This document shows positions 16,437 to 25,379 of a stretch of DNA of 64,000 bases, in pieces. The stretch comes from Dehalococcoidia bacterium (GTDB taxonomy: Bacteria; Chloroflexota; Dehalococcoidia; Plut-88900). The position numbers and the translations under genes were made by a program. The notes under the pieces were generated by a model that saw only the letters and a program-made list of their open reading frames with translations, had not been told where the DNA came from and searched no databases. The DNA lies in the NCBI GenBank assembly GCA_965207225.1, contig CBDBLV010000001.1:160001-224000 (forward strand), in the 5' to 3' direction. Every line of letters begins with the position of its first letter. Position 1 is the first letter of the stretch.

Positions 16437-17630
16437 ATGCCCAAGAACCTCTACTTCTCCCAGGACGAATACGAGCGACGCTGGAAGGCCGTCTACGACT
16501 CCATGGACGAAAAGGGCTACGAGACCGCCGTCATCTGGGGTAAGACCGCCGGCAACTACGAACGCCACGGCGACCTCCTCTACCTCACCAACTACTACTC
16601 CAACCTATCCGGCCACTCCCTGGATGTCGAAGGCCACCAGCAGGCCCGCTCCTACGGCGCCGTCATCCTCCACCGCGGCCAGGAGCCCGAGCTCATCATG
16701 GACATGCCCAGCTTCGACATGGACCAGCTCGCCGTCGATAAGGTCGAAGGCCACCGGGACCCCATCTTCGGCGTCACCGAGGCCCTCAAGCGCCTCGGCG
16801 TCGAGGGCCGCGCCGCACTCATCGGCACCGACTTCCTCCCCATGAAATACGCGAAGCAGATGGAGGACCAGACCCCCGCCATCGAGTGGGTCGGCGAAGA
16901 TGAGTTAGTCCGGGAGGTCCGCCAGATCAAGAGCGACCCGGAGATCGAGCTCTATCGGAACGCCGGACAGACCATGACCGAAGCTATATCCGCCCTCATG
17001 GACGCCCTGATTAAGGGCAAGACCGAGGCCGAAGCCGCCGCCGACGCTGCATACATCATCACCAAGGCCGGCGGCCGATTCCACATGATCCCCGTCTCCC
17101 ACGGCGACTCCATCTACTACTTCACCCGCTCCCCCATCTCCGGCTTCAGCCTTGACGGCGCGGAGCCCGGTGACATGGTCCGGGGCTGGGTCTACGGCGC
17201 AGTCTACCAGGGCTACTGGATGGACCCCGGCCGCACCGCCGTCGCCGGCCGCGCCCCCACACCCGACCAGAAGGAGCTGATCGAAAGCTGTTACGGCATC
17301 GTCGATGGCATCATCAAGGCCATCAAGCCCGGAGTCCGAGTCGACGAGGTAGTCAAGGTCGGCGTCGACCTCATGGAGAAGGCCGGCACTGAGGAAAACC
17401 AGCTCGCCGAGATGTTCCCCCTCTTCGGTCACGGCCTCGGCCTCTTCTGGGAGCGGCCCTCTCTCCGCATCGGCCTGGAGACCGACGAAGTCCTCCGCGA
17501 AAACATGACCCTCGGCGTCGAGGCCTTCCTCTCGAAAACGGGCGTCGGCGTCGCCGGCTACGAAGACAACATCCTCATAACCTCCGAAGGCGCCGAAATC
17601 CTGACCCCCGCCCCACCCCTCTGGTGGTAA
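16437..17630 (+). CDS. M24 family (Xaa-Pro aminopeptidase/creatinase-like) protein
   Basis: Creatinase-N-like start, IKSDPEIEL, MDPGRT, GHGLG, YEDNILIT. Confidence 0.88.
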   Translation: MPKNLYFSQDEYERRWKAVYDSMDEKGYETAVIWGKTAGNYERHGDLLYLTNYYSNLSGHSLDVEGHQQARSYGAVILHRGQEPELIMDMPSFDMDQLAVDKVEGHRDPIFGVTEALKRLGVEGRAALIGTDFLPMKYAKQMEDQTPAIEWVGEDELVREVRQIKSDPEIELYRNAGQTMTEAISALMDALIKGKTEAEAAADAAYIITKAGGRFHMIPVSHGDSIYYFTRSPISGFSLDGAEPGDMVRGWVYGAVYQGYWMDPGRTAVAGRAPTPDQKELIESCYGIVDGIIKAIKPGVRVDEVVKVGVDLMEKAGTEENQLAEMFPLFGHGLGLFWERPSLRIGLETDEVLRENMTLGVEAFLSKTGVGVAGYEDNILITSEGAEILTPAPPLWW

Positions 17631-17681
17631 CCCTCCGTCTATTACCCCCCAACCCCACCCCCTGCTATAATGTCGGTTCCC

Positions 17682-17758
17682 GGGCCATTAGCTCAGGTGG
17701 TTAGAGCGCAGTCCTGATAAGACTGAGGTCCCTGGTTCGAGTCCAGGATGGCCCACCA
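17682..17758 (+). tRNA. tRNA-Ile(GAT)
   Basis: Cloverleaf with anticodon arm CAGTC-CTGATAA-GACTG, TTCGA T-loop and CCA end. TGCTATAAT upstream. Confidence 0.97.
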
Positions 17759-19335
17759 TTTTTGACGGTAGACAGAACCGAGCCGTTCAGGGCCATCTCC
17801 TCGGCGTTTCTCCCTCCTACCGGTCCATCCTGAGGCATGGGGATGGTGTACCGGAGGAGGGCGTTGTCGGGCATGACGACGATCTCCTTGACGAAAGACT
17901 CGATGAAGGCCCTGCGCTCGGTCAGTTCGCTCTCCTTCAGGAACTCGCTCATGTCCTGGGCGTAGGCAGCGATGGTCTCCACGTCGTCCAGCACCTCCCT
18001 GCGCTGGGAGAGGATGGTCCTGGCCTCGGCCGCCGAGTCCTCAAGGCGCTGTTGACGCTCCCGGTGCTCCCTGATGCGTTCCGAGGCGTCGGCCATGTCG
18101 AGGTCGGTGTTCTCCACCAGGTGCCAGACGCGGCCCAGCTTGCGCTTGACCTCATCAAGCTCGGCCTCGATGGTCTCCAGCTTCTGCCGCTGCTCGGCGG
18201 CGACCCCATCCATCTCCTCATCCACGATCTTGACCAGTTCGGTGATGTTGGACTCGGTGAGGACGTTCTCCCGTATCCTCTCCACCACCATCTCCTCGAA
18301 GCGTCGTGCGTTGAGCCTGGGGGTTGCGCAGGCATCCTTGCCCCGCTTCATGATGGACTGGCAGACGTAGTAGGCGAACTGGCCGCTCTTGGCGTCCTGG
18401 CCTGAGAGCGCCCTGTTGCAGGACTTGCACCTGACCAGCCCGCTGAGCAGGTAGGAGCTTCCCACCCTACGGGGGTGGTTCCTTTTGGGAGCGCGGGAGC
18501 GCATGAGCCGCTTGACGCGGTTGAATTGGGCCTTGGAGACGACGGCGGGGAACGCCTTCTCTATGCGTACGGGGTCGGACTTGACCTTCCCTGTAGTGCC
18601 CCAGAGCAGCGTGCCCGTGTAGACCTCGTTTCTGAGGATGAAGTGGACGCCGTTCTTGGACCAGAGCTTGCCGGTGGCGCTGGCGATGCCCTCGCCGTTG
18701 AGGGTGCGGGTGATTTCGGTCATCCCGGTGGCCGACTCGGCCATGTCGAAGATGCGCTTGACGACGGGAGCAGTGTCAGGGTCGATCTCCAGTGTGGGCC
18801 GCTTCTTGGCTCCGTCCTGCACCATGACGCGGTTGTAGCCGTAGGGCGTCCGGCTGGCGACCCAGAAGCCTCTGGAAGCGGCCTCCCGCATCCCCCGGCG
18901 AACCTCTTCCGCAAGATTTTCCGAGTAAAACTCATCGACCGACTCGATGATTCCCTCAAGGAGCCTGCCTGTGGCGGTGTCGTCGGCCTGCTCGGTGATG
19001 GAGACGACGCGGACGCCCTTTCGCCTGAGCATGGACTTGAAGGCGACGGCGTGCTCGCGCTTTCTGGTGAATCTACTAAATTTCCAGACAAGGATTTCTC
19101 TAAACGGGGCCTCGGGCTTGGCGGCCTCGTCGATCATCTTGCGGAACTCCGGGCGGTCGGCGACGCGCCCGCTCTCGGCCTCGTCCACGTACTCGCGGAC
19201 GACCACGTAGTCGTTCTTATGGGCGTACTCCCTGAGCGCCCGCAGCTGTGCGGCCACGGACAGGTCCACGTCCTGTCTGTCGCTGGAGACCCTGGCGTAG
19301 AGGGCCACGGGGGTGTAGTCGCTTCTATTGTTCAT
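17701..19335 (-). CDS. Large serine recombinase (integrase of element 2)
   Basis: YARVSS, SRFTR, PYGY, CKSC..YYVC..C. The last codons are antisense to the tRNA. GAGGAGG RBS before ATG at 19335. Confidence 0.95.
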   Translation of the reverse strand: MNNRSDYTPVALYARVSSDRQDVDLSVAAQLRALREYAHKNDYVVVREYVDEAESGRVADRPEFRKMIDEAAKPEAPFREILVWKFSRFTRKREHAVAFKSMLRRKGVRVVSITEQADDTATGRLLEGIIESVDEFYSENLAEEVRRGMREAASRGFWVASRTPYGYNRVMVQDGAKKRPTLEIDPDTAPVVKRIFDMAESATGMTEITRTLNGEGIASATGKLWSKNGVHFILRNEVYTGTLLWGTTGKVKSDPVRIEKAFPAVVSKAQFNRVKRLMRSRAPKRNHPRRVGSSYLLSGLVRCKSCNRALSGQDAKSGQFAYYVCQSIMKRGKDACATPRLNARRFEEMVVERIRENVLTESNITELVKIVDEEMDGVAAEQRQKLETIEAELDEVKRKLGRVWHLVENTDLDMADASERIREHRERQQRLEDSAAEARTILSQRREVLDDVETIAAYAQDMSEFLKESELTERRAFIESFVKEIVVMPDNALLRYTIPMPQDGPVGGRNAEEMALNGSVLSTVKNGGPSWTRTRDLSLIRTAL

Positions 19336-19379
19336 CTGTGAGTCCTCCTCCTGTTTCCTGTCGTTCCCGTGGGCCACTA

Positions 19380-19745
19380 CTAGCCTGCAACACCCGGCAT
19401 CGTCGTCATCGAACCCGTGTCTTCCCCAAGCGCGCTGACCATTTCACGCGGAAGGATGCCCTCGATCTGTTCAGCCTCGGAACGCTCGGCGTGGTAGAGG
19501 TCCCAACGGAGTTGCAGGTTCATCCAAAAGCCGGGCGAAGTGCCGAAGAACCTAGAGAGCCTCAGGGCGGTGCTTGGCGTGACCCCCCGCTTCCCTCGGA
19601 CGACTTCGTTGACCCTCTGATAGGGCACGTGAATGGCATTGGACAGGTCGCGCTGAGTCATTCCGAGGGGCAGCAGGAACTCCGTCAGAAGCATCTCGCC
19701 CGGATGCGTAGGCTCTCGATCGGTGGGAATGCGTACCATGCTCAT
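19380..19745 (-). CDS. higA: HigA antitoxin
   Basis: PTHPGEMLL..TALRLSRFFGTSPGFWMNLQ. Confidence 0.92.
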   Translation of the reverse strand: MSMVRIPTDREPTHPGEMLLTEFLLPLGMTQRDLSNAIHVPYQRVNEVVRGKRGVTPSTALRLSRFFGTSPGFWMNLQLRWDLYHAERSEAEQIEGILPREMVSALGEDTGSMTTMPGVAG

Positions 19746-19753
19746 TCTCCTCT

Positions 19754-20047
19754 TCAGTGATAGTCGGTGATTTCGACGTCGGCGGGTCCGGCAGGTGTCC
19801 ACGTGAAGCAGATTCGATACCTGTCGTTGACGCGAATACTGTGTTGCCCGCTTCGATCTCCGGCCAGCCGTTCCAGGCGGTTGCCGGGAGGTATTCTGAG
19901 GTCTCCCAGAACGGAGGCGGAATCGATCTGGTCAAGCTTTCGATGAGCCACTCCCCATATCGGCATGGGACATGCCCGCAGGGCCGCTTGAGTGGATTGC
20001 CCGTTGAAGATGTCCTCTGTACCGCCGTCTCTGAATGAGACAATCAT
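19754..20047 (-). CDS. higB: HigB (RelE-like) toxin
   Basis: DLRIPPGNRLERLAGDRSGQHSIRVNDRYRICF..VEITDYH. Toxin-first gene order. Confidence 0.92.
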   Translation of the reverse strand: MIVSFRDGGTEDIFNGQSTQAALRACPMPIWGVAHRKLDQIDSASVLGDLRIPPGNRLERLAGDRSGQHSIRVNDRYRICFTWTPAGPADVEITDYH

Positions 20048-20051
20048 AAGT

Positions 20052-20082
20052 ACATAATAGCACGGCTTTCGTGCTATGCCAA
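20052..20082 (-). promoter_or_regulatory. higBA promoter with palindromic operator
   Basis: ATAGCACG-gcttt-CGTGCTAT (20057-20077) between TTGGCA and TGCTATTAT. Confidence 0.7.
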
Positions 20083-20143
20083 GATGCTAGCTTCACGCGG
20101 CCATCTCCAACGAGTCTGCCGGGGACAAGGTTGGGCGGGACGT

Positions 20144-20362
20144 TCACCGCCTGCCCTCGCCGTCATCCTCTGAGTGAGCCGCGTTCCTGCGCATGTGGGC
20201 GCGGACGGCGACCTTGGCCAGGATGCGCAGCCCCTTGCGTATCGTCCTCCGCTGCTGAGGAGTATAGGACTCCATCGGCCTGTCGGAGGACGACTCGGGA
20301 GCGTCCCTCCCCGGCCTCTTCTTTTGCCGGTTCCTCGTATCTTCTCTATTGGTGTCTTTCAT
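20144..20362 (-). CDS. Small basic hypothetical protein (candidate directionality factor)
   Basis: YTPQQRRTIRKGLRILAKVAVRAHMRR. Upstream of the TA/recombinase block. Confidence 0.6.
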   Translation of the reverse strand: MKDTNREDTRNRQKKRPGRDAPESSSDRPMESYTPQQRRTIRKGLRILAKVAVRAHMRRNAAHSEDDGEGRR

Positions 20363-20528
20363 GTTGCCTAATCTCAGCGGCGGTTCGTTGGGCCGCTGGC
20401 CTCTCGTTCCAGGTGTATTGGGTGGCCGCCGGGCACGGACGGATGGGTGCGAGCGCCCGGCGGCGTTGTGGTGTCCTACCCCGCCGCGCCGCCGATGCGC
20501 CGGTTAGGGCGCCGGCGGGGGGTGCCGG

Positions 20529-20819
20529 CTAGCTCCTGAAGTGGGTCATCCGTAGCTCCTCCCCCAGGAGGATCGGAAGGCATCCGATGCGGTTGGCGAA
20601 GATGACCAAGGTGAGCATGGAGCCTCCGCTGGGCGCCCAGCCCTTGAGCCACCTTCGCAGCAGCTTGTAGTCGATGCCGGTGACCCTGCACAGGCCGCGC
20701 CAGGAGAGGCCGCTGGCCTCCTTGAGGCGCACGAGCCGCTGGGGGAAGTCCTCGGGCATGTCGGCGCCCTGAAGGGGCTCCGTCCCGCTCCATCCGTCGA
20801 TGTGATCGATGTTGGTCAT
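20529..20819 (-). CDS. XRE HTH protein
   Basis: DFPQRLVRLKEASGLSWRGLCRVTG..RWLKGWAPSGG. GGAGGA RBS. Confidence 0.8.
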   Translation of the reverse strand: MTNIDHIDGWSGTEPLQGADMPEDFPQRLVRLKEASGLSWRGLCRVTGIDYKLLRRWLKGWAPSGGSMLTLVIFANRIGCLPILLGEELRMTHFRS

Positions 20820-20821
20820 GT

Positions 20822-20985
20822 CTATCCTCCATGTCGTAAAGCTTTGGGTTGTTGTTCCCAAGGCCATGTGCATCCGGCGGCGGATGCGACCGGAGGGCGG
20901 TCGCTCCCCACGCGCCGACTTCGACATGGGACCGGGTCTGTCTGTAACGACCCCGGCGGGCCGGTTCCGGGAGGTGATCACCGAA
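20822..20985 (-). pseudogene. Eroded Cro-like gene
   Basis: SRNRPAG..RPPSGRIRRRMHMALG aligns with SQNWLARELG..RAPSGRIRRRMRTVLG of 5832-6071, but the helix is degraded. Confidence 0.6.
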
Positions 20986-21141
20986 GTGAGCCGTCTCCTG
21001 GGGCCGCCGCGTCGAGCCGGACGGCGCTCCGTCCTCCGCTCCTCCGGGGGCCTCTTGCTATATCGTTATCCGGTGAACGCATCGGCTTTCCATCTCCTAT
21101 CGGGTATTGAGCGGGAGTTTTCGCGCCGCTCCCTGCGTCGT

Positions 21142-22803
21142 TCATTTCGCTTCCGTCGGCAGGGACTGGGGCGGCTCCCATGCGGCGTCCGGGGTGCGCC
21201 AGGCGCGTCCCAGCGGTCCCAGGGAGTCGATGGCTTCTTTGTGGGAGACCCACAGGGGGACCGTGACCCGGCTGGCCTGCATCCGCTCCCTCGCCACGCG
21301 CAGGAAGTGGGTGGCGGCGATGTCGTCGTCGAAGACGATGAGAACGGCGGGTCTGGCCCCGTGGTCGTCGATGGGACGGTGGGACGAGTAGTAGCGCAGA
21401 TAGGGGGCGAGGCGCGTCGCCATCGTCGAGGGCCGAACGGCCCTTCGCTCCCACTCCAGGAAGAAGGCCCACGTCTCTTCGGCCCTGCGCAGGACGCCGA
21501 AGGCGTCGGGGTAGACGGCGCGCAACCGTTCGTCGTGGCGGAAGTGGCGGGACGCCCTCCTGGGCGGGTCGAGCTGCGCTATCTCCCAGCCCAGGTGCCG
21601 GGCCTGGGCCGCAAGCGCGGACAGGAAGACGTGGACGGCCTCGGTGTGCTCGATGTTCCTGAGAAGCTGGCGGCTCCTGCTGCCGGTGAGGTTGCGCCAC
21701 TCGAAAGGCCCTTTGGCGTCCTCCGGGGCGACGCTCAACCTCCTCCTCGCCGCCGCCACCGAGGTCCTGTCCCTGCGGGCGAGGAGGGCCAGTCCCCGGT
21801 CGGTGAGGGCCAGCCGTCCCTCCGCTTCGCGGGGCCTGACGACGAGGCTGAAGCCCTCCAGTGGATTGACGATCTGGGAAGCCCGCTGGGGCGATACGCC
21901 CAACAGACCGGCGAGTTCGCCGAGGGCGATCCAGGGCCAGTCGAATACCAGGTCGAGGGCGCGCTTCTCGGCGGGTCTGAGCGTCACGGGCAGCATGTGG
22001 TCGGCCATGTCGGCTACCGTTCCCATGACGGGCAGGTCTGCGGGGACCGACGCCAGTCCGGGCTGCGGCTCCCCCGGAAACGCGCCGCGGGGGTCGGTCC
22101 TGTCCAACGAATAGCGCAGGCCCACGGCTGCGTGGACCTGGGCCGGAGTCCAGATCGGGGCGTCTACGTCGGCCATGACCGTCTCGCGTTCGACGGCCAG
22201 GAGGGACGGAACGTCTGTGGTCGAGAGCATCCTGCGGGCGTGCCTGAGACGCACGGCGTCCGTCGTGAGGACGAGGACGACTCCGGGCATGGGTTCGTCC
22301 TTCAGTCGCCAGAGGCGCTGGGCGAAGACCGAGCGGTCGGCGGTGAGTCCCTGCCTGACGATTCCGACGGTCCTGCCGTCGGGAAGTTCCATACCCGCGT
22401 CCAGCTTGGATGAGCGGTACCAGCGGAAACGCAGGGGGTAGGCAACGTCGGAAGCGAGAGATGCGACGTGGTATATGGAAGCCAGGGCGTCCATGCGCTC
22501 CATCAGGCTTCGCCGCCACTCGGCGGAGACGGGGTGTGTACGCACCAGGTCGTCAAGCGACATCCCGTCCTCATCTGCAAGCCTGCGCAGCCCCGCCCCG
22601 GTGAGGTGGAACCTCCGGGAGGGTGGAAAGGGATCGACGGCGTGGAGCACGGAGCCGCAGAGGCCGTCTGCCTGAAGTCTCTCCACGGCCTCGTGGACCG
22701 CGCCCTTGGACCGGCCCGTGACCGGGACCATCTCCCGGCGATTGAGGTAGGGCATGTCGGCCAGGATGCGGATGATCTGAGCTTCCAGTCCCGCGGGTCT
22801 CAT
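21142..22803 (-). CDS. Replication-relaxation family protein
   Basis: IEHTEAVH, YPDAFG, FFLEWERRAVRPS. Paralogue of 1173-2855. Confidence 0.75.
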   Translation of the reverse strand: MRPAGLEAQIIRILADMPYLNRREMVPVTGRSKGAVHEAVERLQADGLCGSVLHAVDPFPPSRRFHLTGAGLRRLADEDGMSLDDLVRTHPVSAEWRRSLMERMDALASIYHVASLASDVAYPLRFRWYRSSKLDAGMELPDGRTVGIVRQGLTADRSVFAQRLWRLKDEPMPGVVLVLTTDAVRLRHARRMLSTTDVPSLLAVERETVMADVDAPIWTPAQVHAAVGLRYSLDRTDPRGAFPGEPQPGLASVPADLPVMGTVADMADHMLPVTLRPAEKRALDLVFDWPWIALGELAGLLGVSPQRASQIVNPLEGFSLVVRPREAEGRLALTDRGLALLARRDRTSVAAARRRLSVAPEDAKGPFEWRNLTGSRSRQLLRNIEHTEAVHVFLSALAAQARHLGWEIAQLDPPRRASRHFRHDERLRAVYPDAFGVLRRAEETWAFFLEWERRAVRPSTMATRLAPYLRYYSSHRPIDDHGARPAVLIVFDDDIAATHFLRVARERMQASRVTVPLWVSHKEAIDSLGPLGRAWRTPDAAWEPPQSLPTEAK

Positions 22804-25331
22804 TCTCCGACCTCCTCGTCCTCTTCGTCGGTGTGGTTCTCGGTCGCCTGCTCGTCGTTCTCCTCCCGTTCGGCCTGCTCCAATGCCTCGACGCCCTTGT
22901 GAAATTCGTCCACCTTCCCGTGGCCCTCGGCGTCGGCGTAGTCTCCCTGGCGGGCCGATACGGTGTAGCCTTGCGTAGCTGCACGTATGCGGTCGGCGAC
23001 CGATGGGTCTCCTTCCTCAGGCTTGCGCACCTCCATCGAGAAGGCGGGCATCCGCTCGGTGCCCACGGTGGCGCGGACGTAGCAGTGGTGCACGGGCAGG
23101 GACACGACGTCGTCCTCGGACACCCGGTCCTTGCCAAGCTCCCACACCAGGGTCCTGGCGTCTGAGCCGGCCACCTGGAAGACGGCGAGGCACCCCACGT
23201 TGGCGAGGATGGTGTCCCGCATGGTGCGGGAGAGGTCGTCCAGCTTGGCCAGGCTCTGGGTCGCCAGCACGAAGGACGCTCCGAACTTCCCAAGCTCGCT
23301 GAGCATCGACTCGTAGTCCACGCCGGGCATGGACTGCATCTCGTCCACGACGACCAGCGCGCCGCGACGTTCCCTGAGAGACAGGCTTCCCTGCTCCCGT
23401 ATCACGGCGTCCACCAGGTTCAGGAGCGACGCGCCCACCAGGGCGGCCACGTCCCTGCCCACCGTTCCCTGGGAGGTGGAGACCAGCAGCACGCCGCCGT
23501 CGTGGATGGTCCTTCTCAGGTCGATGGTGGAGCGGCGCTGCCCGAGGATGGCCCTCGCCCGCTTGGAGGACGCGTAGTAGGAGAGACGGGTCTGGACGGG
23601 GGCCAGGGCCTCCGCCTTGTACTGGCGGCCCCACTTGCCGAAGTCCCTGGCCCACCACTCCAGCAGGTAGGGGTCGGAGACCCTCTTGCGCACCTGCTTG
23701 GCGAACTCATCGTCCGAGAGCAGCTTCAGGCCGTCGAGGATGGTGTACTGCTGTTCGGCCTCCATCTGCTCGTTGGCCTCGTGGAGGGTCTTGACGGTCT
23801 GTTCCAGGATCGACTGCATCCTCGGTCCCCACTGGTCCCAGAGGCCCTTGGCCACCCGCACCACCGAGTCGGCGGTGCGGTCGCGGTCTGCGAATATGCG
23901 GGTGTCCAGCAGATTGACGCCGGGGGAACGGCTCGCGTCCGACAGGTCTATCAGCCTCACCCTGTCGGCTATCTCCTCCGGGACGTGTTCGAGGATGCCC
24001 GCCACCAGGTCGGTGTGGGGGTCTATGACGACGATGGCGTCTTCGTCCCTGCCCGCCGCCTTCTCCCGCATCTTGTGGGCGACCACGTGGTGCATCAGCG
24101 TGGACTTGCCCATGCGGGTGCGGGCCACGTAGAGGTGGTGACGGCGCAGCAGGTCGTCGGGGAATCTGATCTCCCTCTTGGTACCCGCCGTGGTGTCGCC
24201 CACCAGCGCACCGCCCCTGACTCCCTTCGCCGACGGGCTGAGCGCCCGTGCGCCGGACCGCTCCACCAACGGCGTCTCGTTCCCCGCTCCCGGCGGGTGC
24301 CAGAGGCAGGCGGCCTCCCGCACCCCCAGGACGCTGCGCCTGCCGAACAGGCCGGGGCCTGTGGGATGCAGGTTCTCCGGGGCGGGAGCGACGGGCCTTA
24401 CCTTGCTCACCTTGAACCTCGCCCCTGCCGGGTTGTCGAAGTGCCGGTAGGCGGCGGCAACCCTCCTCATGAGCTCCTCGGCCCGCTCGCGCCCCGTGTC
24501 GTCCGGCATGATCGCCGTGACCCGTATCTCGGCGTCGAAGGCGATGCGGGAGACCTTCTCCCTGATGAGCAGGGGGTCTTCGACCCGGTTCCTCGCCTTC
24601 TTGAAGCGGTGCCATGCCCAGCCTCCGACTCCAAGCCCCAGGGCCGCGCCGACGCCGATAAGCACGGCCTTCCACGTCTCTCCGTCCTGCACCCACAGGT
24701 AGCCCTGGAGGGCGGCCAGTGCCCCGATGCCGAGGACGGCCATGGTCACCCCGTCCATCTGGAGCGGCTTGGTCTGGTAGGTGTAGGAGGGCTCCCGCTG
24801 CTCCTGGCCGGGCCGCTTGTGGGCCTTCTCCATGTGGTGCTGGGACCAGTCGGGGCCGAGGGAGTTCAGCTTGAGTTGAGCCACCACGCGCTCCCCCTCG
24901 TAGAGGGACGACAGCGCGCCCATGAGGGCAATCAGAGGGTCGGAGCCGGGGTCGAGGAGGTCGTCGTCCCGGAAGGTTCTGAGGGGCACGTACTCGGGGC
25001 CGTCGGCCCGCAGCGTCATCGACCACGCCTGCTCGCCGTCTCCCAGGCGCAAGGGATCGTTGTTTGGGTCCACCTTCTCTATCCTGGCCTGGGGGTAGTG
25101 GGCGGAGATCTGGCCGCGTACCACCCTGTCGTCGATGCACCGGGCCATCAGCGTCACGCCGTCCATGTCTCCGGCCAGCTCCAAAGAGAAGGGCTCAGGC
25201 ACCGCGATGGACTGGAGGAGGTTCTCCACGCCCAGCAACGTCCGCTCACCCGTCCTCGGCGGCGTCACCGCAAGCAGCGCCGGGGTCTTGTCGGGGCTTC
25301 CAAATAGTTTGCGTATCGGGTTCTGTTTCAT
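22800..25331 (-). CDS. VirD4/TraD-like coupling protein
   Basis: Two TM helices, Walker A-like ARTRMGKST, VVIDPH and Walker B VVVDEMQ. Confidence 0.85.
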   Translation of the reverse strand: MKQNPIRKLFGSPDKTPALLAVTPPRTGERTLLGVENLLQSIAVPEPFSLELAGDMDGVTLMARCIDDRVVRGQISAHYPQARIEKVDPNNDPLRLGDGEQAWSMTLRADGPEYVPLRTFRDDDLLDPGSDPLIALMGALSSLYEGERVVAQLKLNSLGPDWSQHHMEKAHKRPGQEQREPSYTYQTKPLQMDGVTMAVLGIGALAALQGYLWVQDGETWKAVLIGVGAALGLGVGGWAWHRFKKARNRVEDPLLIREKVSRIAFDAEIRVTAIMPDDTGRERAEELMRRVAAAYRHFDNPAGARFKVSKVRPVAPAPENLHPTGPGLFGRRSVLGVREAACLWHPPGAGNETPLVERSGARALSPSAKGVRGGALVGDTTAGTKREIRFPDDLLRRHHLYVARTRMGKSTLMHHVVAHKMREKAAGRDEDAIVVIDPHTDLVAGILEHVPEEIADRVRLIDLSDASRSPGVNLLDTRIFADRDRTADSVVRVAKGLWDQWGPRMQSILEQTVKTLHEANEQMEAEQQYTILDGLKLLSDDEFAKQVRKRVSDPYLLEWWARDFGKWGRQYKAEALAPVQTRLSYYASSKRARAILGQRRSTIDLRRTIHDGGVLLVSTSQGTVGRDVAALVGASLLNLVDAVIREQGSLSLRERRGALVVVDEMQSMPGVDYESMLSELGKFGASFVLATQSLAKLDDLSRTMRDTILANVGCLAVFQVAGSDARTLVWELGKDRVSEDDVVSLPVHHCYVRATVGTERMPAFSMEVRKPEEGDPSVADRIRAATQGYTVSARQGDYADAEGHGKVDEFHKGVEALEQAEREENDEQATENHTDEEDEEVGE

Positions 25332-25379
25332 TTCTGTTACTCCTCCCTATGTATGGGTCTCTTCTGCGTTTTCGCCGTC

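Noticed and set aside
20809-22519. 534-aa plus and 513-aa minus alternative ORFs
   Set aside because: Arg/Pro/Gly-rich off-frame shadows of the Replication-relaxation gene.
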